A stretch of DNA of 64,000 bases from NCBI GenBank assembly GCA_965279375.1, contig OZ257156.1, forward strand, positions 2,368,001 to 2,432,000, in the 5' to 3' direction. Made by a program: the position numbers and the translations under genes. The notes under the pieces were generated by a model. That model worked only from the letters and a program-made list of their open reading frames with translations, made no database searches and was not told the origin of the DNA. The DNA comes from Gemmatimonas sp. (GTDB lineage Bacteria; Gemmatimonadota; Gemmatimonadetes; Gemmatimonadales; Gemmatimonadaceae). This document shows, one piece after another, positions 46,804 through 57,166 of this stretch (position 1 is the stretch's first letter; each line of letters opens with the position of its first letter).

Positions 46804-47706
46804 TCAGGCGAACTCGTTGGCGATAGCCACCGTACCGACATGCACGCTCACCGTATCCTCGATGTCGCGGCCGTACCCACCGGCGATGACGATCGCGACC
46901 GGCAGGCCGATTTCGCGACATTGCGACAAGACCAGATGATCGCGACGTCGCAAGCCAGCGAAGGTGAGCGATAGCCGCCCCAACGCATCGCCCTCGTGGG
47001 GGTCCGCGCCCGCAAGATAGAACGCGATATCCGCGCGCGCTTCCCGCAGTACGCGCGGCAACGCTTCGGCGAGCAGCGCGAGATAGGGCTCGTCCGTCGT
47101 GCGGTCGGGCAGCTCGATGTCCAGTGTGCCGGGCACTTTGCGAAACGGAAAGTTCTTCGCGCCGTGCATGCTGAACGTGTAGGTGTCGGCATCCTGCGCG
47201 AAGATGGCGTGCGTTCCGTTCCCCTGATGCACGTCCAGATCGATGACCACGGCGCGTCGAATGCGCTGCGTCGCGCGCAGTGCGCGAATCGCCACGGCGA
47301 CATCGTTGAACAGGCAGAACCCTTCACCGTGCGCAGCGAAGGCATGATGGGTTCCCCCCGCCAGATTCATCGCCACACCGGCCTGCAGCGCATGCTCGGC
47401 GACGGCCAGCGTGCCTCCGACGGCGCGTGCGGCGCGCTCCACCAATGCAGCGCTCCACGGGAAGCCCAGTCGCCGCACCGCCGCGTCGTCGAGCGTACCA
47501 GCGCGCACCGCCTGCAGATATGCGGCGTCGTGCACGCGACGCAGCGCCTCCTCGGACGCCGCCTCTGGTGCGTGCACCTGGTCAGCCGCGACCAACCCGT
47601 CGGTTACGACTCGCTCGGCCAAGCGCGTATACTTGGTCACGGGGAAGCGGTGGCCCGGCGGCAATGGGTAGCTCCACGCCGCAGGCGACCAGAGCGAGAG
47701 ACTCAT
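46804..47706 (-). CDS. Histone deacetylase family Zn hydrolase
   Basis: HRFP, GGTHHA...GFC.FND, DLDVHQGNG, GAD..D.LG and GGY motifs. Confidence 0.93.
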   Translation of the reverse strand: MSLSLWSPAAWSYPLPPGHRFPVTKYTRLAERVVTDGLVAADQVHAPEAASEEALRRVHDAAYLQAVRAGTLDDAAVRRLGFPWSAALVERAARAVGGTLAVAEHALQAGVAMNLAGGTHHAFAAHGEGFCLFNDVAVAIRALRATQRIRRAVVIDLDVHQGNGTHAIFAQDADTYTFSMHGAKNFPFRKVPGTLDIELPDRTTDEPYLALLAEALPRVLREARADIAFYLAGADPHEGDALGRLSLTFAGLRRRDHLVLSQCREIGLPVAIVIAGGYGRDIEDTVSVHVGTVAIANEFA

Positions 47707-47768
47707 GGGCAGCCGATGCGAAAAGGATGAGGCATGAAGTCTAGCGCGACGAACGTCCTCTCGTCGAC

Positions 47769-49382
47769 ATGAGCCGGCTCGGCGCGCCGACTCGCGGAAC
47801 GCCGACGTCGCGCACGCCGGACACCGAAGCGCTTCGCGTGGCCAGCGATGCGCGTGCCTCGCACGCGGTGGCGCGCGCGCTCGTGCAACTCGTGCTCCGA
47901 CTCGACGCGCTGGCCAAGGCCTCGACCATCACGGAGCCACGCGCGCGCGTGGCGGTGCGCGATGCGTTGCGACAACTCACGGCACGATCTCGCGATGGAG
48001 CGCTGCTGTGCCGTGTGGTGGACGGGGAGCTGCTGCTTGAAGGGGTGCCCGTGGGCACGGGGCAGGACGCGGACGATCTCCCGCTCTCGGTGTTGCTCGA
48101 ACGCCTGCTGGCGATCGGCGCAGGCGCGCTGACGGTGCGCGAAGGAGCGTCGCCCGGCGAACTGCTCACCCTCGGGCGCCTGCTGTCGCCGCAGCCGTCT
48201 TCGGGGGCGGCCGTGTCGTCGCCCTTCAGCGATACGCCGACGACCGTCCGCGTCTTCGGGCTCGCCGACGATGCCCCGCTCGAGTTGCTGCGAAGCTGGA
48301 GCGTCTTGGTGTCGCCTGCGGCCACCGTACGCCCTGATGCGGTCTCCACCACGACCGCCGGCGTGGCGCTCGCGCGGCTCGCCGCAGCCCGCACGGACGA
48401 CGCGGCATCGAGCGCCGTGTCCACGCTCGTCGCGCTGCTTGATGAGGCACAGCGTCGTGGCGACGCGCTGGCAGTGGAGGGAGTCGCGCGCGGTTGCATG
48501 GCGCAGTTGCAGATCGTGGGCAGCGGAGGGGGACGGCTGGCCCTCGAGGGCGCGCTGCGGCATCTACTGCGACCGCCGCTGCTTACGCTCGTTGCGCAGC
48601 GTCTACCGCTCAGCGCTGACCGCGCGTCGCTGCTGCAACTGCTTTCGCGTGCGGGTGACCTCGGCGTGGAAACACTGCTCGAGCAGATGCTCAGCACCGA
48701 TGATTCGGTCGCGCGTCGCGCCTACTTCGATGGCATCGTGGCGATGGACGTGGGCTCCCCGCTGCTCTTCGATCTGCTCAACGATTCGCGCTGGTTCGTG
48801 GTGCGCAATGCGGCCGCGTTGCTGGGCGAGATGCGTGTGGAGCACACCGACGATGCGTTGTTGCCGCTGCTGCAGCACGCCGATGAGCGCATTCGCATCG
48901 CCGTGGCGCGTGCTCTCGTGCGCGTACGTAGCGTGAAGGCGTTGCAGGGGCTTCACGCAGCGGTTGACGACAGCAACGCGGAAGTTCGGCGACTCGCCGC
49001 GGCCGCTTTTGGTATCGCCGGGCCGTCCACGGGCGGCATGCGTCCGCCGGCGGCGCGGCTATCCGTGGCATTGGAACGCGAGACCGACGAAGACGTCGCG
49101 CTCGAGATGCTCGCCGCGCTTGGACGACTGGGGAGCGCGGACGCCGTGCAGCGGCTGCTCCGCATCGCGCTGCCCGCATCACCGGAGCCGGGCACGGGCG
49201 CGCGAGCGACGTCGGCGCGGGATTCGTGGCAGCGCATTGCCGCACTGGAAGCGCTGGTGCGGGCACGTGGCAACGCCGTCGTGCCCGCCATTGAACTGCT
49301 GCAAAACGACACCGACCCCGATGTAGCGGCGGCGGCCACGCGGCTGCGGGCCACCGTCCGCGCTGGCGTCAGCGAGCAGTAA
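47769..49382 (+). CDS. HEAT-repeat protein
   Basis: Repeated helical units (DSRWFVVRNAAALLG; DERIRIAVARAL; NAEVRRLAAAAFG). Confidence 0.78.
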   Translation: MSRLGAPTRGTPTSRTPDTEALRVASDARASHAVARALVQLVLRLDALAKASTITEPRARVAVRDALRQLTARSRDGALLCRVVDGELLLEGVPVGTGQDADDLPLSVLLERLLAIGAGALTVREGASPGELLTLGRLLSPQPSSGAAVSSPFSDTPTTVRVFGLADDAPLELLRSWSVLVSPAATVRPDAVSTTTAGVALARLAAARTDDAASSAVSTLVALLDEAQRRGDALAVEGVARGCMAQLQIVGSGGGRLALEGALRHLLRPPLLTLVAQRLPLSADRASLLQLLSRAGDLGVETLLEQMLSTDDSVARRAYFDGIVAMDVGSPLLFDLLNDSRWFVVRNAAALLGEMRVEHTDDALLPLLQHADERIRIAVARALVRVRSVKALQGLHAAVDDSNAEVRRLAAAAFGIAGPSTGGMRPPAARLSVALERETDEDVALEMLAALGRLGSADAVQRLLRIALPASPEPGTGARATSARDSWQRIAALEALVRARGNAVVPAIELLQNDTDPDVAAAATRLRATVRAGVSEQ

Positions 49383-50436
49383 AGTCCGTTTCGTTGGTCA
49401 CGGCACGGCACGCTTCGGCAATCACATCCGCTGCGCGATCCAAATCTTCCAGCGAGACCATCTCGTTGGGAGAGTGCATGTAGCGGTTCGGAATCGAGAG
49501 CAGCGCGGTCGCCACGCCTTCGCGCGTCAGATGCATCGCGTCGGCGTCGGTACTGGTGAAACGCCCTGCGGCGTGCACGCTGTACGGCACGTTCAACTTC
49601 GTGGCCGCGTCGCGCAGCAGGCGGAACGCAACCGGGCTCACCACCGAGCCGCGCGTCAGCACCGGTCCGCCGCCGACGGTGTGTTCACCCAGCTCTTCTT
49701 TCTTGACGCCCGGATGATCGGTCGCGAAGGTCACGTCCACCGCGATGGCCATTTTCGCGTCGAGCGACTGCGCGGCCACGCGTGCACCGCCGCCGGAATA
49801 GCCGATCTCTTCTTGCGCCGTTGCCGCGGCCACCACGCGCGCTGCACCCGGGGCCGCCGCGTAGCGACGCAGCGCTTCGAGCACCACGAACGCGCCGATG
49901 CGATCGTCGATCGCGCGCGAGACGATGCGTCCGTTGGGCAGTTCGAGCAGTCGCGCGTCGATCACGCCAGCGTCGCCGATTTCGAGATGCTCGAGTGCTT
50001 CCGCCTTGTTGCGCGCGCCGATGTCCACCCACAGATCGGTGATCTTGGATGCTTTCTCGCGCTCCTCGGGCTTGATCAGGTGAATCGGCTTCTTGCCGAT
50101 CACGCCGAACACGTCGCCGTTGCGACCGATGAAGCGCATCCGCTGCGCGACCAGAACCTGCGGGTCCCAGCCACCGATCGGTTCGAAATACACGAAACCG
50201 TTCTCGTCGATGTAGGTGACGATCACGCCGATTTCGTCGATGTGCCCGGCAAGCAGAATCGTCGGGCCGCCTGAGCCCTCGACCGTGGCCAGACTGTTGC
50301 CGACGACGTCGGCGCGAACGGATGCGAAAGTGGCGGCTTCGTCACGCCAAACACGAGCGGGCGCGGCTTCGAACCCGGACGGACCGGGCGTGTCGAGCAG
50401 GCGCTTCAAAAACGAGATCGAGGAGTCGGTAAGCAT
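49369..50436 (-). CDS. M42 family aminopeptidase
   Basis: GPSGFE, HIDEIG, DDR.G, QEEIG, DVT and YMHSP.E motifs. Confidence 0.93.
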   Translation of the reverse strand: MLTDSSISFLKRLLDTPGPSGFEAAPARVWRDEAATFASVRADVVGNSLATVEGSGGPTILLAGHIDEIGVIVTYIDENGFVYFEPIGGWDPQVLVAQRMRFIGRNGDVFGVIGKKPIHLIKPEEREKASKITDLWVDIGARNKAEALEHLEIGDAGVIDARLLELPNGRIVSRAIDDRIGAFVVLEALRRYAAAPGAARVVAAATAQEEIGYSGGGARVAAQSLDAKMAIAVDVTFATDHPGVKKEELGEHTVGGGPVLTRGSVVSPVAFRLLRDAATKLNVPYSVHAAGRFTSTDADAMHLTREGVATALLSIPNRYMHSPNEMVSLEDLDRAADVIAEACRAVTNETDFTAR

Positions 50437-50491
50437 GGAGGCGAAATATACGCTAGAATTCCGTGGCGTCCCGCCCTCCTCTCGCGTAGCT

Positions 50492-50851
50492 ATGTCGACT
50501 GTCGTGTTGCTTGTGATCGGCCTCGCCGCCGGTGTGTTGTCCGGAGTCTTCGGAATTGGCGGAGGCATCATCGTCGTCCCCGCGCTGATCTACATCGCGA
50601 AGATGCCGCCGCAGCAGGCGGCGGGTACCTCGATCGCGGCGCTCGTGCTCCCACTTGGCGCAGCCATCGCCGCCGTCACGTACTACCGCGCCGGCCATTT
50701 GCAGGTTCGGGACGCGCTCATGATCGCCCTCGGCATGGCCGTCGGCGCATGGCTCGGCGCGCTGGTCTCCACGCACGTCGATGCGGTCGTGCTCAAGCGC
50801 GCCTTCGCCGTACTGATGGTGGCGATGGCCGTGAAGATGTGGGTCAGCTAG
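50492..50851 (+). CDS. Half-size TauE/SafE (TSUP) membrane protein
   Basis: GL.AG.LSG.FGIGGG..VP and A.GTS motifs; 119 aa. Confidence 0.82.
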   Translation: MSTVVLLVIGLAAGVLSGVFGIGGGIIVVPALIYIAKMPPQQAAGTSIAALVLPLGAAIAAVTYYRAGHLQVRDALMIALGMAVGAWLGALVSTHVDAVVLKRAFAVLMVAMAVKMWVS

Positions 50852-50859
50852 GCTCGCCC

Positions 50860-51762
50860 TTACAGCACCCGCTGTGCGTGGCGCGGATCCAGCGCGCTGA
50901 ACAACATCGGATTGAAGATGCGCGCCATCGTTTCGATGCCATCCACCACGCGTGGCCCCGGTCGGCTCACCAACGCATTCGCGTCCAGCGCCCATACCTG
51001 CCGGTTCTTGAGCCACGCCCACTCCGGGAGCGTGAGCAGGCGACGCGCCTCCGCCACTGAGGCGGCGAGCCCGTAACCACACGGCGCAATCAGCACGAAC
51101 TCCGGCGACGCCAATTCCAGAGCGGACATCTCCACCGTGGCGGAGTGCTCACCGGCCGTGCCCAGCACGTCCACGCCACCGGCGCGCTTGATCTGTTCAG
51201 GGCCCCAGTGCCCCGCGATGTACACCGGCGCGGTCCACTCGATGAGCGCCACGCGCGGCCGCGGCGCCTTCGCCGCGTGCAACGTGTCGTGCACATGCTT
51301 CACGCGATCGCGGAGCCCAGCCAACAGCTCCTCGGCGTCGCTCTCCTCGTGCATCGCATCAGCCACCGCGACGATGTCGGCGTAAATGCCGTCGAGCGTC
51401 GTCCCGCCAAGCGTCACCACGCGCGGCGTCGGCGACAATCGCGTGGCCAGTGCTTGCACATCGGTCTCGCGCACGGCGCACACGTCGCACAGCGCCTGCG
51501 TCAACAGGACGTCGGGATGCAGCGCACGAATCCGTGGTTCATCGAGTGTGAAGAGCGCGTGTCCTTCGCCCGACTGCGCCTTGACGGCCGCATCGATCTC
51601 GGCGGGATCGGCGCTGTGCGGAATGGCGCTGTGCGTGACGCGCGCACGCGACGCGACGACCTCGGGGTAGTCGCACTCGTGCGTGATACCGACGAGTGAT
51701 TCGGAGGCGCCAAGAAACGCGACGATCTCGGTGGCAGCCGGAAGCAGTGATACGACTCTCAC
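50860..51762 (-). CDS. BtuF/Fe-siderophore-type binding-protein homologue without a signal peptide
   Basis: GTG start overlaps the upstream stop; RVVSLLPAATEI, GITHECDYP and SRPGPR motifs. Confidence 0.82.
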   Translation of the reverse strand: MRVVSLLPAATEIVAFLGASESLVGITHECDYPEVVASRARVTHSAIPHSADPAEIDAAVKAQSGEGHALFTLDEPRIRALHPDVLLTQALCDVCAVRETDVQALATRLSPTPRVVTLGGTTLDGIYADIVAVADAMHEESDAEELLAGLRDRVKHVHDTLHAAKAPRPRVALIEWTAPVYIAGHWGPEQIKRAGGVDVLGTAGEHSATVEMSALELASPEFVLIAPCGYGLAASVAEARRLLTLPEWAWLKNRQVWALDANALVSRPGPRVVDGIETMARIFNPMLFSALDPRHAQRVL

Positions 51763-53459
51763 GGGTGGTAAACCTCTTTGCCGCCTACGTACGTGGACAG
51801 GACCTTGGTGCGCAGTACCAGCTCGGCCGGCACGCGCATGATGTCCTGATCGAGGATCACGAAGTCCGCAAACTTGCCGGCCGTGATGGAGCCCATGTCC
51901 TTCTCCTGAAATGCGGCGTAGGCCGGCCACAGCGTCATGCTGCGCAGCGCCTCTTCACGTGTCATGCGCTGCTCGGGGAACCAGCCGCCCGCTGGCCAGT
52001 CGTTCGCGTCCTGTCGCGCGATGGCCGCATGGAACGAGATCAGCGGATTCACGAGTTCAACCGGAAAATCGCTGCCGTTCGGAATCACGACGCCGCTGTT
52101 GATGAGCGAGCGCCACGCGTACGCACCAAGCACACGCGTTGACCCCAGCCGCTTGCCGATCCAGTACATGTCGCTCGACTGATGGCTCGCCTGCATGGAG
52201 GGAATCACGCCCAACTGTGCGAAGCGCGGAATGTCGTCGTAGTTGAGGATCTGCGCGTGCTCCACGCGAAAGCGATGATCGACCGTCGGTACCGTACGCA
52301 GCGCGGCTTCGTACGCATCCAGCACCACGCGATTGCCGCGATCGCCGATCGCGTGCGTGTTCACCTGGAAGCCCGCCTTGAGTGCGCGTTCGGCGACCTC
52401 GCGGATGTGCGCCGGTGCACTGAGCAACAGCCCGGTGTTGTTGGGGTCATCGGAGTACGGCTCGAGCAGCGCTGCGCCGCGCGAGCCCATCGCGCCGTCG
52501 GCGTAGAGCTTGATCGCGCGCACCCACAACTGACCGTTGTAGAGCGCCGAGCGCGGGCCGACGTTGAGGTAGTGCGCGACCGCGGCGGAGTCATCGCCGA
52601 TCATCACGTACAGTCGGAGATTGAGATCTCCCGACTTGGCCATCTCCTCATAAAGGTCGATCGCGCTGCGCGACGCGCCCGCGTCGTGCACGCCCGTGAG
52701 TCCCCAGCGATGAATCTCGCTGACCGCATCAACTAGAGCGGCGCGGAACTGCGCCGTAGTCGGCGCTGGTACCTTGCGCGTCACCAGCTCGTTGGCGTTG
52801 TCCACAAGCACACCGGTGGGCGCGCCCTGCGCATCGCGCAGAATCTTGCCGCCGCTTGGGTCTTTCGTGGCTGACGTGAGTGCGGCAATGCGCATCGCTG
52901 CGGCATTGGCCAGCACTGCGTGTCCGTCCACGCGTTCCAGCACGACAGGATGGTCAGGGAGGGCGGCCGAGAGTTTGTCGTGCGTGGGGAAACGCGTATC
53001 GCCCCATGCGTTCTGATCCCAGCCACGTCCCTCGATCCAGCTGCCCTTCGGAATCGACCTGGCGCGCTCCACCACGCGTGCGATGACTTCGTCGTAACTG
53101 CGCGTGCCCACCAGATCGACACTGCGCAGCTTCTGCGCGAGGCCGCCGAAGTGCGCGTGCGCGTCTACCATGCCGGGAATGACTGTGCGTCCCTGTGCGT
53201 CAACCACACGCGTGGCCGCCCCCTTGAGCACCGCCGCCTCGCGCTGCGATCCCACGAACACGATCCGTCCGTCGCGCACGGCGAATGCTTCCACCTGTGG
53301 GCGCGACTCATCGGCAGTGTAGACGCGCGCGTTCGTGACGATGAGGTCGGCGGGGGGCGTGCGCTGCGCCGCGAGCGGCAACGAGAGCAAAGCGTTCGCA
53401 GCGGTCAGTGCGCCGAGTCTGACGGCGGAACGGACGATTGGACGAAGTGAAGCGTGCAT
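51759..53459 (-). CDS. Secreted amidohydrolase (Amidohydro_3, YtcJ-like)
   Basis: PG.VDAHAH, K.YADG..GS, HAIGD, R.EHAQ and GSDFP motifs; signal peptide. Confidence 0.9.
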   Translation of the reverse strand: MHASLRPIVRSAVRLGALTAANALLSLPLAAQRTPPADLIVTNARVYTADESRPQVEAFAVRDGRIVFVGSQREAAVLKGAATRVVDAQGRTVIPGMVDAHAHFGGLAQKLRSVDLVGTRSYDEVIARVVERARSIPKGSWIEGRGWDQNAWGDTRFPTHDKLSAALPDHPVVLERVDGHAVLANAAAMRIAALTSATKDPSGGKILRDAQGAPTGVLVDNANELVTRKVPAPTTAQFRAALVDAVSEIHRWGLTGVHDAGASRSAIDLYEEMAKSGDLNLRLYVMIGDDSAAVAHYLNVGPRSALYNGQLWVRAIKLYADGAMGSRGAALLEPYSDDPNNTGLLLSAPAHIREVAERALKAGFQVNTHAIGDRGNRVVLDAYEAALRTVPTVDHRFRVEHAQILNYDDIPRFAQLGVIPSMQASHQSSDMYWIGKRLGSTRVLGAYAWRSLINSGVVIPNGSDFPVELVNPLISFHAAIARQDANDWPAGGWFPEQRMTREEALRSMTLWPAYAAFQEKDMGSITAGKFADFVILDQDIMRVPAELVLRTKVLSTYVGGKEVYHP

Positions 53460-53580
53460 AGGCAGGGCGGAAGGGCAGGGAGCACAGCGCCGCATTCAGT
53501 CGTTCCGGCGCATACCCGTGCTAATAAACAGCGCGCGTGCCAATACGCGACCCATCACGGCGCATCACACCCAGAAATGC

Positions 53581-53613
53581 AAACCGCCCCCGCCGATTGC
53601 TCGACGGGGGCGG
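53581..53613 (-). terminator. Intrinsic terminator after the fasciclin gene
   Basis: ccgcccccg / cgggggcgg stem followed by TTT on the minus strand. Confidence 0.7.
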
Positions 53614-53635
53614 CGCGACCTGCGGTTGCTGCGAC

Positions 53636-54130
53636 TTACTTCTTGGTCGGCGGCAGGAGCACTGCGTCGATCACGTGGATCACGCCGTTCTTCGCCACGA
53701 TGTCCGTCTTCACGACGTTGGCCTGGTTCACCATCACCATCTTGCCTTCAGCCATGATCTTCACGTCCTGACCTTCGGCGGTCTTGGCCGACTTGCCGTT
53801 CAGCTTCATGACGTCAGCGGCCATGACCTTCGAACCGATGACATGGTACAGGAGCACGTTCTTGAGCGCGGCCTTGTCCTTGCCCAGCGCGGCCAACTGC
53901 GCGGCCGGCACCTTGGCGAACGCTTCGTCCGTCGGCGCGAAGACCGTGAACGGGCCCGGGCCCTTGAGCGTCTCGATCAGGCCAGCGTCCGTGAGGAGCT
54001 TGGCGAGCGTCTTGAACGAACCGGCGGCAACCGCCGTCTCCACGATGTCCTTCTCCTGCGCCTGCGCAGCACGCGGGGCGGCGAACGCGATCACGGCAGC
54101 ACCAGCAACCAGCATCGACAGCTTACGCAT
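53636..54130 (-). CDS. Secreted fasciclin (FAS1) domain protein
   Basis: [16 protein letters not shown] and NGVIHVID motifs; signal peptide. Confidence 0.95.
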   Translation of the reverse strand: MRKLSMLVAGAAVIAFAAPRAAQAQEKDIVETAVAAGSFKTLAKLLTDAGLIETLKGPGPFTVFAPTDEAFAKVPAAQLAALGKDKAALKNVLLYHVIGSKVMAADVMKLNGKSAKTAEGQDVKIMAEGKMVMVNQANVVKTDIVAKNGVIHVIDAVLLPPTKK

Positions 54131-54192
54131 CAGAAAGCTCCAAAAGTCGGTGTTCGTATGTGAGTAGGACCGGTCGGTCCATACGATCATTG

Positions 54193-54217
54193 AACACGTT
54201 GCCAGACAAGGAGTTCC
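54193..54217 (-). promoter_or_regulatory. Candidate ECF promoter GGAAC-N17-GTT
   Basis: Minus strand ggaac-tccttgtctggcaacgt-gtt, about 60 nt upstream of the fasciclin ATG. Confidence 0.45.
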
Positions 54218-54268
54218 AGTGACATGGACTCGTTACGTTCTGGACTTCACGGTCCGATCAGACCCGCA

Positions 54269-56467
54269 TCACACTTCGCGCTTGGGCCCGCGCGCCACGT
54301 ACCAGAGCGGCAGCAAAACACCCAGCACGAAGGCCGCCGCGGCGAACCAGGCCGCTTCGCTCAGCTCGCCCATCGACTTGGCCAGACTGATGGCGTCCGC
54401 GTACGAGTCGCCACTGGAGAGGCGCGCGACCGCCAGGCCGGCCAGCACCAACCCCGTGATCGCACCGCCCGCGATCAGCCCCGAGGAGAAGAGCACTCCC
54501 GGGCCCGAGTCGGCGTCGCCATGCCCATCCCCCGCCGACTCCGCCTTGGGCTTGCCCGCCCGGTCCACCAGCCAACGCACCATGCCACCGGCAAAGATGC
54601 CGGCCGAGGTCGAGATCGGCAGGTACACGCCGACCGCGACGGCCAGCGACGGAAGTCCCAGCAGCTCCATCGCGATCGCCAGGAACGCGCCGATCAACAC
54701 GAGCCCCCACGGCAGACGCTGCGTGAGGATGCCGTCCACCACCAGCGCCATGATCTGCGCCTTGGGCGAGTCTAGTTTGCGCACCTCGCGCCCCGTGTAG
54801 TCCACCGGCTCGCGCCCGCCAATGCCGGGATCGACCAGATACTGAATGGTGCCCGCCGCATCCACGAGATACTTGCCCGCCGGTGCATTCCCCTGCGCTT
54901 CGTACAGGTGCGCCACGTTGTAGGTCTTGCCGTCGCGCAGCGTCTCCGTGACGCCCGCTTCCATCGCGTCCACTTTCACGCCAGGAAAGTCGCGCTTCAC
55001 AATCGTCTGCCCGCTCACGTTGAGCGCGTTGATGATGAACCCCACGAGAATAGCACTCGTGGTCACACCCGCGAACAAGCCGATCTGCTGACGCGCAGGC
55101 GTCGCGCCGACAAGAAATCCGGTTTTGAGATCCTGTGAGGTGGCGCCGGCCACCGCGGCGGCGATGCATACCACGCCGCCAATCGAAAGCGCCAACACGC
55201 GGTGCTCGATCTTGGTCCAGCCGACCGCCAGAAAGATCAGCGATGTCATCAACACCGCCGCCACGGTCATCCCCGAAATGGGATTCGCCGAGGCGCCGAT
55301 CTGTCCGGTCACGCGACTCGATACGGTGACGAACAGGAAGGCGAAGAACACTGCGAGCAAGGCGCCAACGAAATTGATGCCGATCTGCGGCAACGCCACC
55401 ATCGCAATCACGCAGCCGACCACACCGAGCAACACCACGCTCATCGGCAAGTCGCGCATGGTGCGCAGCGTGGATGCCGCCGTCGACGCGTCGTTGCGCT
55501 TCCCCATGCCGCCAACGCCCGCCACCAGCGCGCCCAAGATCGTCGGCAGTGCACGCGCAAGGTTGATCAAACCCGCCGCCGTCACTGCGCCTGCGCCGAT
55601 ATAGAAGACGTAGTTGGAGCGCACCTGACCGGCGCTCATCTCGGAGATCTTGATCGTCGCCGGAAAGATCGTCTCCGTCAGCCCAGCGCCGAACAACTTG
55701 ATGGCGGGAATGAGCACGAAGTACGACAGCAGACCGCCGCCAAACAGATAGCCCGCGATCCTGGGGCCGATGATGAATCCGACACCCGTCAACTCGGGAC
55801 TCACTTCGACCTGCATCTCGCCGATGAACTCCTTCTTCCCACCGCCGATCAATCGTTCGAACGTGCGCTTGGGCACCTCGGCCCACAGATGCAATCCGGC
55901 GTTAAGGAACTTGTAGAGCGCGCCCAAGCCAAATCCCATAAACACCGTGCGTGCCTGCGCGCCGCGCTCTTCACCAACGATCAGCACCTCTGCGCACGCC
56001 GTGCCCTCGGGATAGGTGAGCGACCCGTGCTCCTCCACGATCAAGTTGCGTCGCAGTGGAATCATCAGCAGGACGCCGAACAGTCCACCCACGAGCGCGA
56101 TCGCCGCCACCTTGGTCCACGGCAGCGCGTAGCCGAGCAGCAGCAGCGCGGGCAATGTGAAGACGGTGCCCGCCGCGATCGACTCGCCGGCTGATCCCGT
56201 CGTCTGCACGATGTTGTTGCGCAGGATCTGCGGGCCGGTCGCGCCCATTGCCTGCTGCACCGCGCGGAAGATCGTGATGCTCAACACCGCGATCGGAATC
56301 GAGGCGCTGACGGTGAGTCCGACCTTGAGCGCCAGATACACACTCGATGCCGCGAAGACGAGCCCGAGCAGCATGCCGAGCAGCACGGCCGACACGGTCA
56401 GTTCAACGGGCTCGCGATCGGCGGGGATGTACGGCTGATAACTCTGCTGATTGCTCGGCGCAGACAT
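54269..56467 (-). CDS. OPT-family oligopeptide transporter
   Basis: LKVGLTVSASIP, YPEGTACAEVL, NPISGMT and QDLKTG.L.GATP motifs. Confidence 0.93.
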   Translation of the reverse strand: MSAPSNQQSYQPYIPADREPVELTVSAVLLGMLLGLVFAASSVYLALKVGLTVSASIPIAVLSITIFRAVQQAMGATGPQILRNNIVQTTGSAGESIAAGTVFTLPALLLLGYALPWTKVAAIALVGGLFGVLLMIPLRRNLIVEEHGSLTYPEGTACAEVLIVGEERGAQARTVFMGFGLGALYKFLNAGLHLWAEVPKRTFERLIGGGKKEFIGEMQVEVSPELTGVGFIIGPRIAGYLFGGGLLSYFVLIPAIKLFGAGLTETIFPATIKISEMSAGQVRSNYVFYIGAGAVTAAGLINLARALPTILGALVAGVGGMGKRNDASTAASTLRTMRDLPMSVVLLGVVGCVIAMVALPQIGINFVGALLAVFFAFLFVTVSSRVTGQIGASANPISGMTVAAVLMTSLIFLAVGWTKIEHRVLALSIGGVVCIAAAVAGATSQDLKTGFLVGATPARQQIGLFAGVTTSAILVGFIINALNVSGQTIVKRDFPGVKVDAMEAGVTETLRDGKTYNVAHLYEAQGNAPAGKYLVDAAGTIQYLVDPGIGGREPVDYTGREVRKLDSPKAQIMALVVDGILTQRLPWGLVLIGAFLAIAMELLGLPSLAVAVGVYLPISTSAGIFAGGMVRWLVDRAGKPKAESAGDGHGDADSGPGVLFSSGLIAGGAITGLVLAGLAVARLSSGDSYADAISLAKSMGELSEAAWFAAAAFVLGVLLPLWYVARGPKREV

Positions 56468-56531
56468 GCGGGGCTGCCGGAGAGGAGAGGAGGGCAACGC
56501 GCCGGCGACGCCGGCGCGTCGACAGGCGAGG

Positions 56532-57128
56532 CTACACGACGGAGAGGATCAGCCCTTCGAGAATCTGCAGACCGAAGTAGGCGACGATCACCGTGATGTC
56601 GATCATGCCGATCGTCGGGATGACGCGGCGCAACGGCGCGAGAATCGGCTCAGTGATCACGAACGCCCAGCGCCACCACTTGGAATACGCCGAACCACCC
56701 ACCCAGCTCGCGATGACACGCGCGAAGAGCGCGATGCGCAGGATGCCGAAGGTCCAGCGAATGAGCATGCCGATGATTCCGCCCGGACCCGAGGACGTGG
56801 CAAAGGCCATCATCGCCAGCTGGTCACGCAGGAACTGCACGCCGGAGAGCAGGACGAGCCCGCCGAGCACCACGGCCGCAAGCGTCCACCAGGGCGCGGA
56901 ATAGGGCGTCCCACCAGCTCGGAGCAGCTTCCGCTCCATGGGCGCGATCAGCCACGGGTCCACGCGTTCACGCATGAAGCGCGCGACGGGTGAGAATGGC
57001 TGGATACGGCGCGTGCGAACGCTGTACGAGAGCGCGGCCGCGAGCGCGGTGAAGGCGCCTGCCGCGAAAACGACCGGGCGCAGGACGCCAACCAGCAGAT
57101 CAAGAATTCCGATGACAGGTCCGAACAT
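56532..57128 (-). CDS. YggT family membrane protein
   Basis: ITEPILAPLRRVIP..G.ID motif, plus a degenerate N-terminal copy. Confidence 0.85.
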   Translation of the reverse strand: MFGPVIGILDLLVGVLRPVVFAAGAFTALAAALSYSVRTRRIQPFSPVARFMRERVDPWLIAPMERKLLRAGGTPYSAPWWTLAAVVLGGLVLLSGVQFLRDQLAMMAFATSSGPGGIIGMLIRWTFGILRIALFARVIASWVGGSAYSKWWRWAFVITEPILAPLRRVIPTIGMIDITVIVAYFGLQILEGLILSVV

Positions 57129-57166
57129 GCGGGAAAGATACCCGCAGAGCGCCGCCAGCGTTCAGC

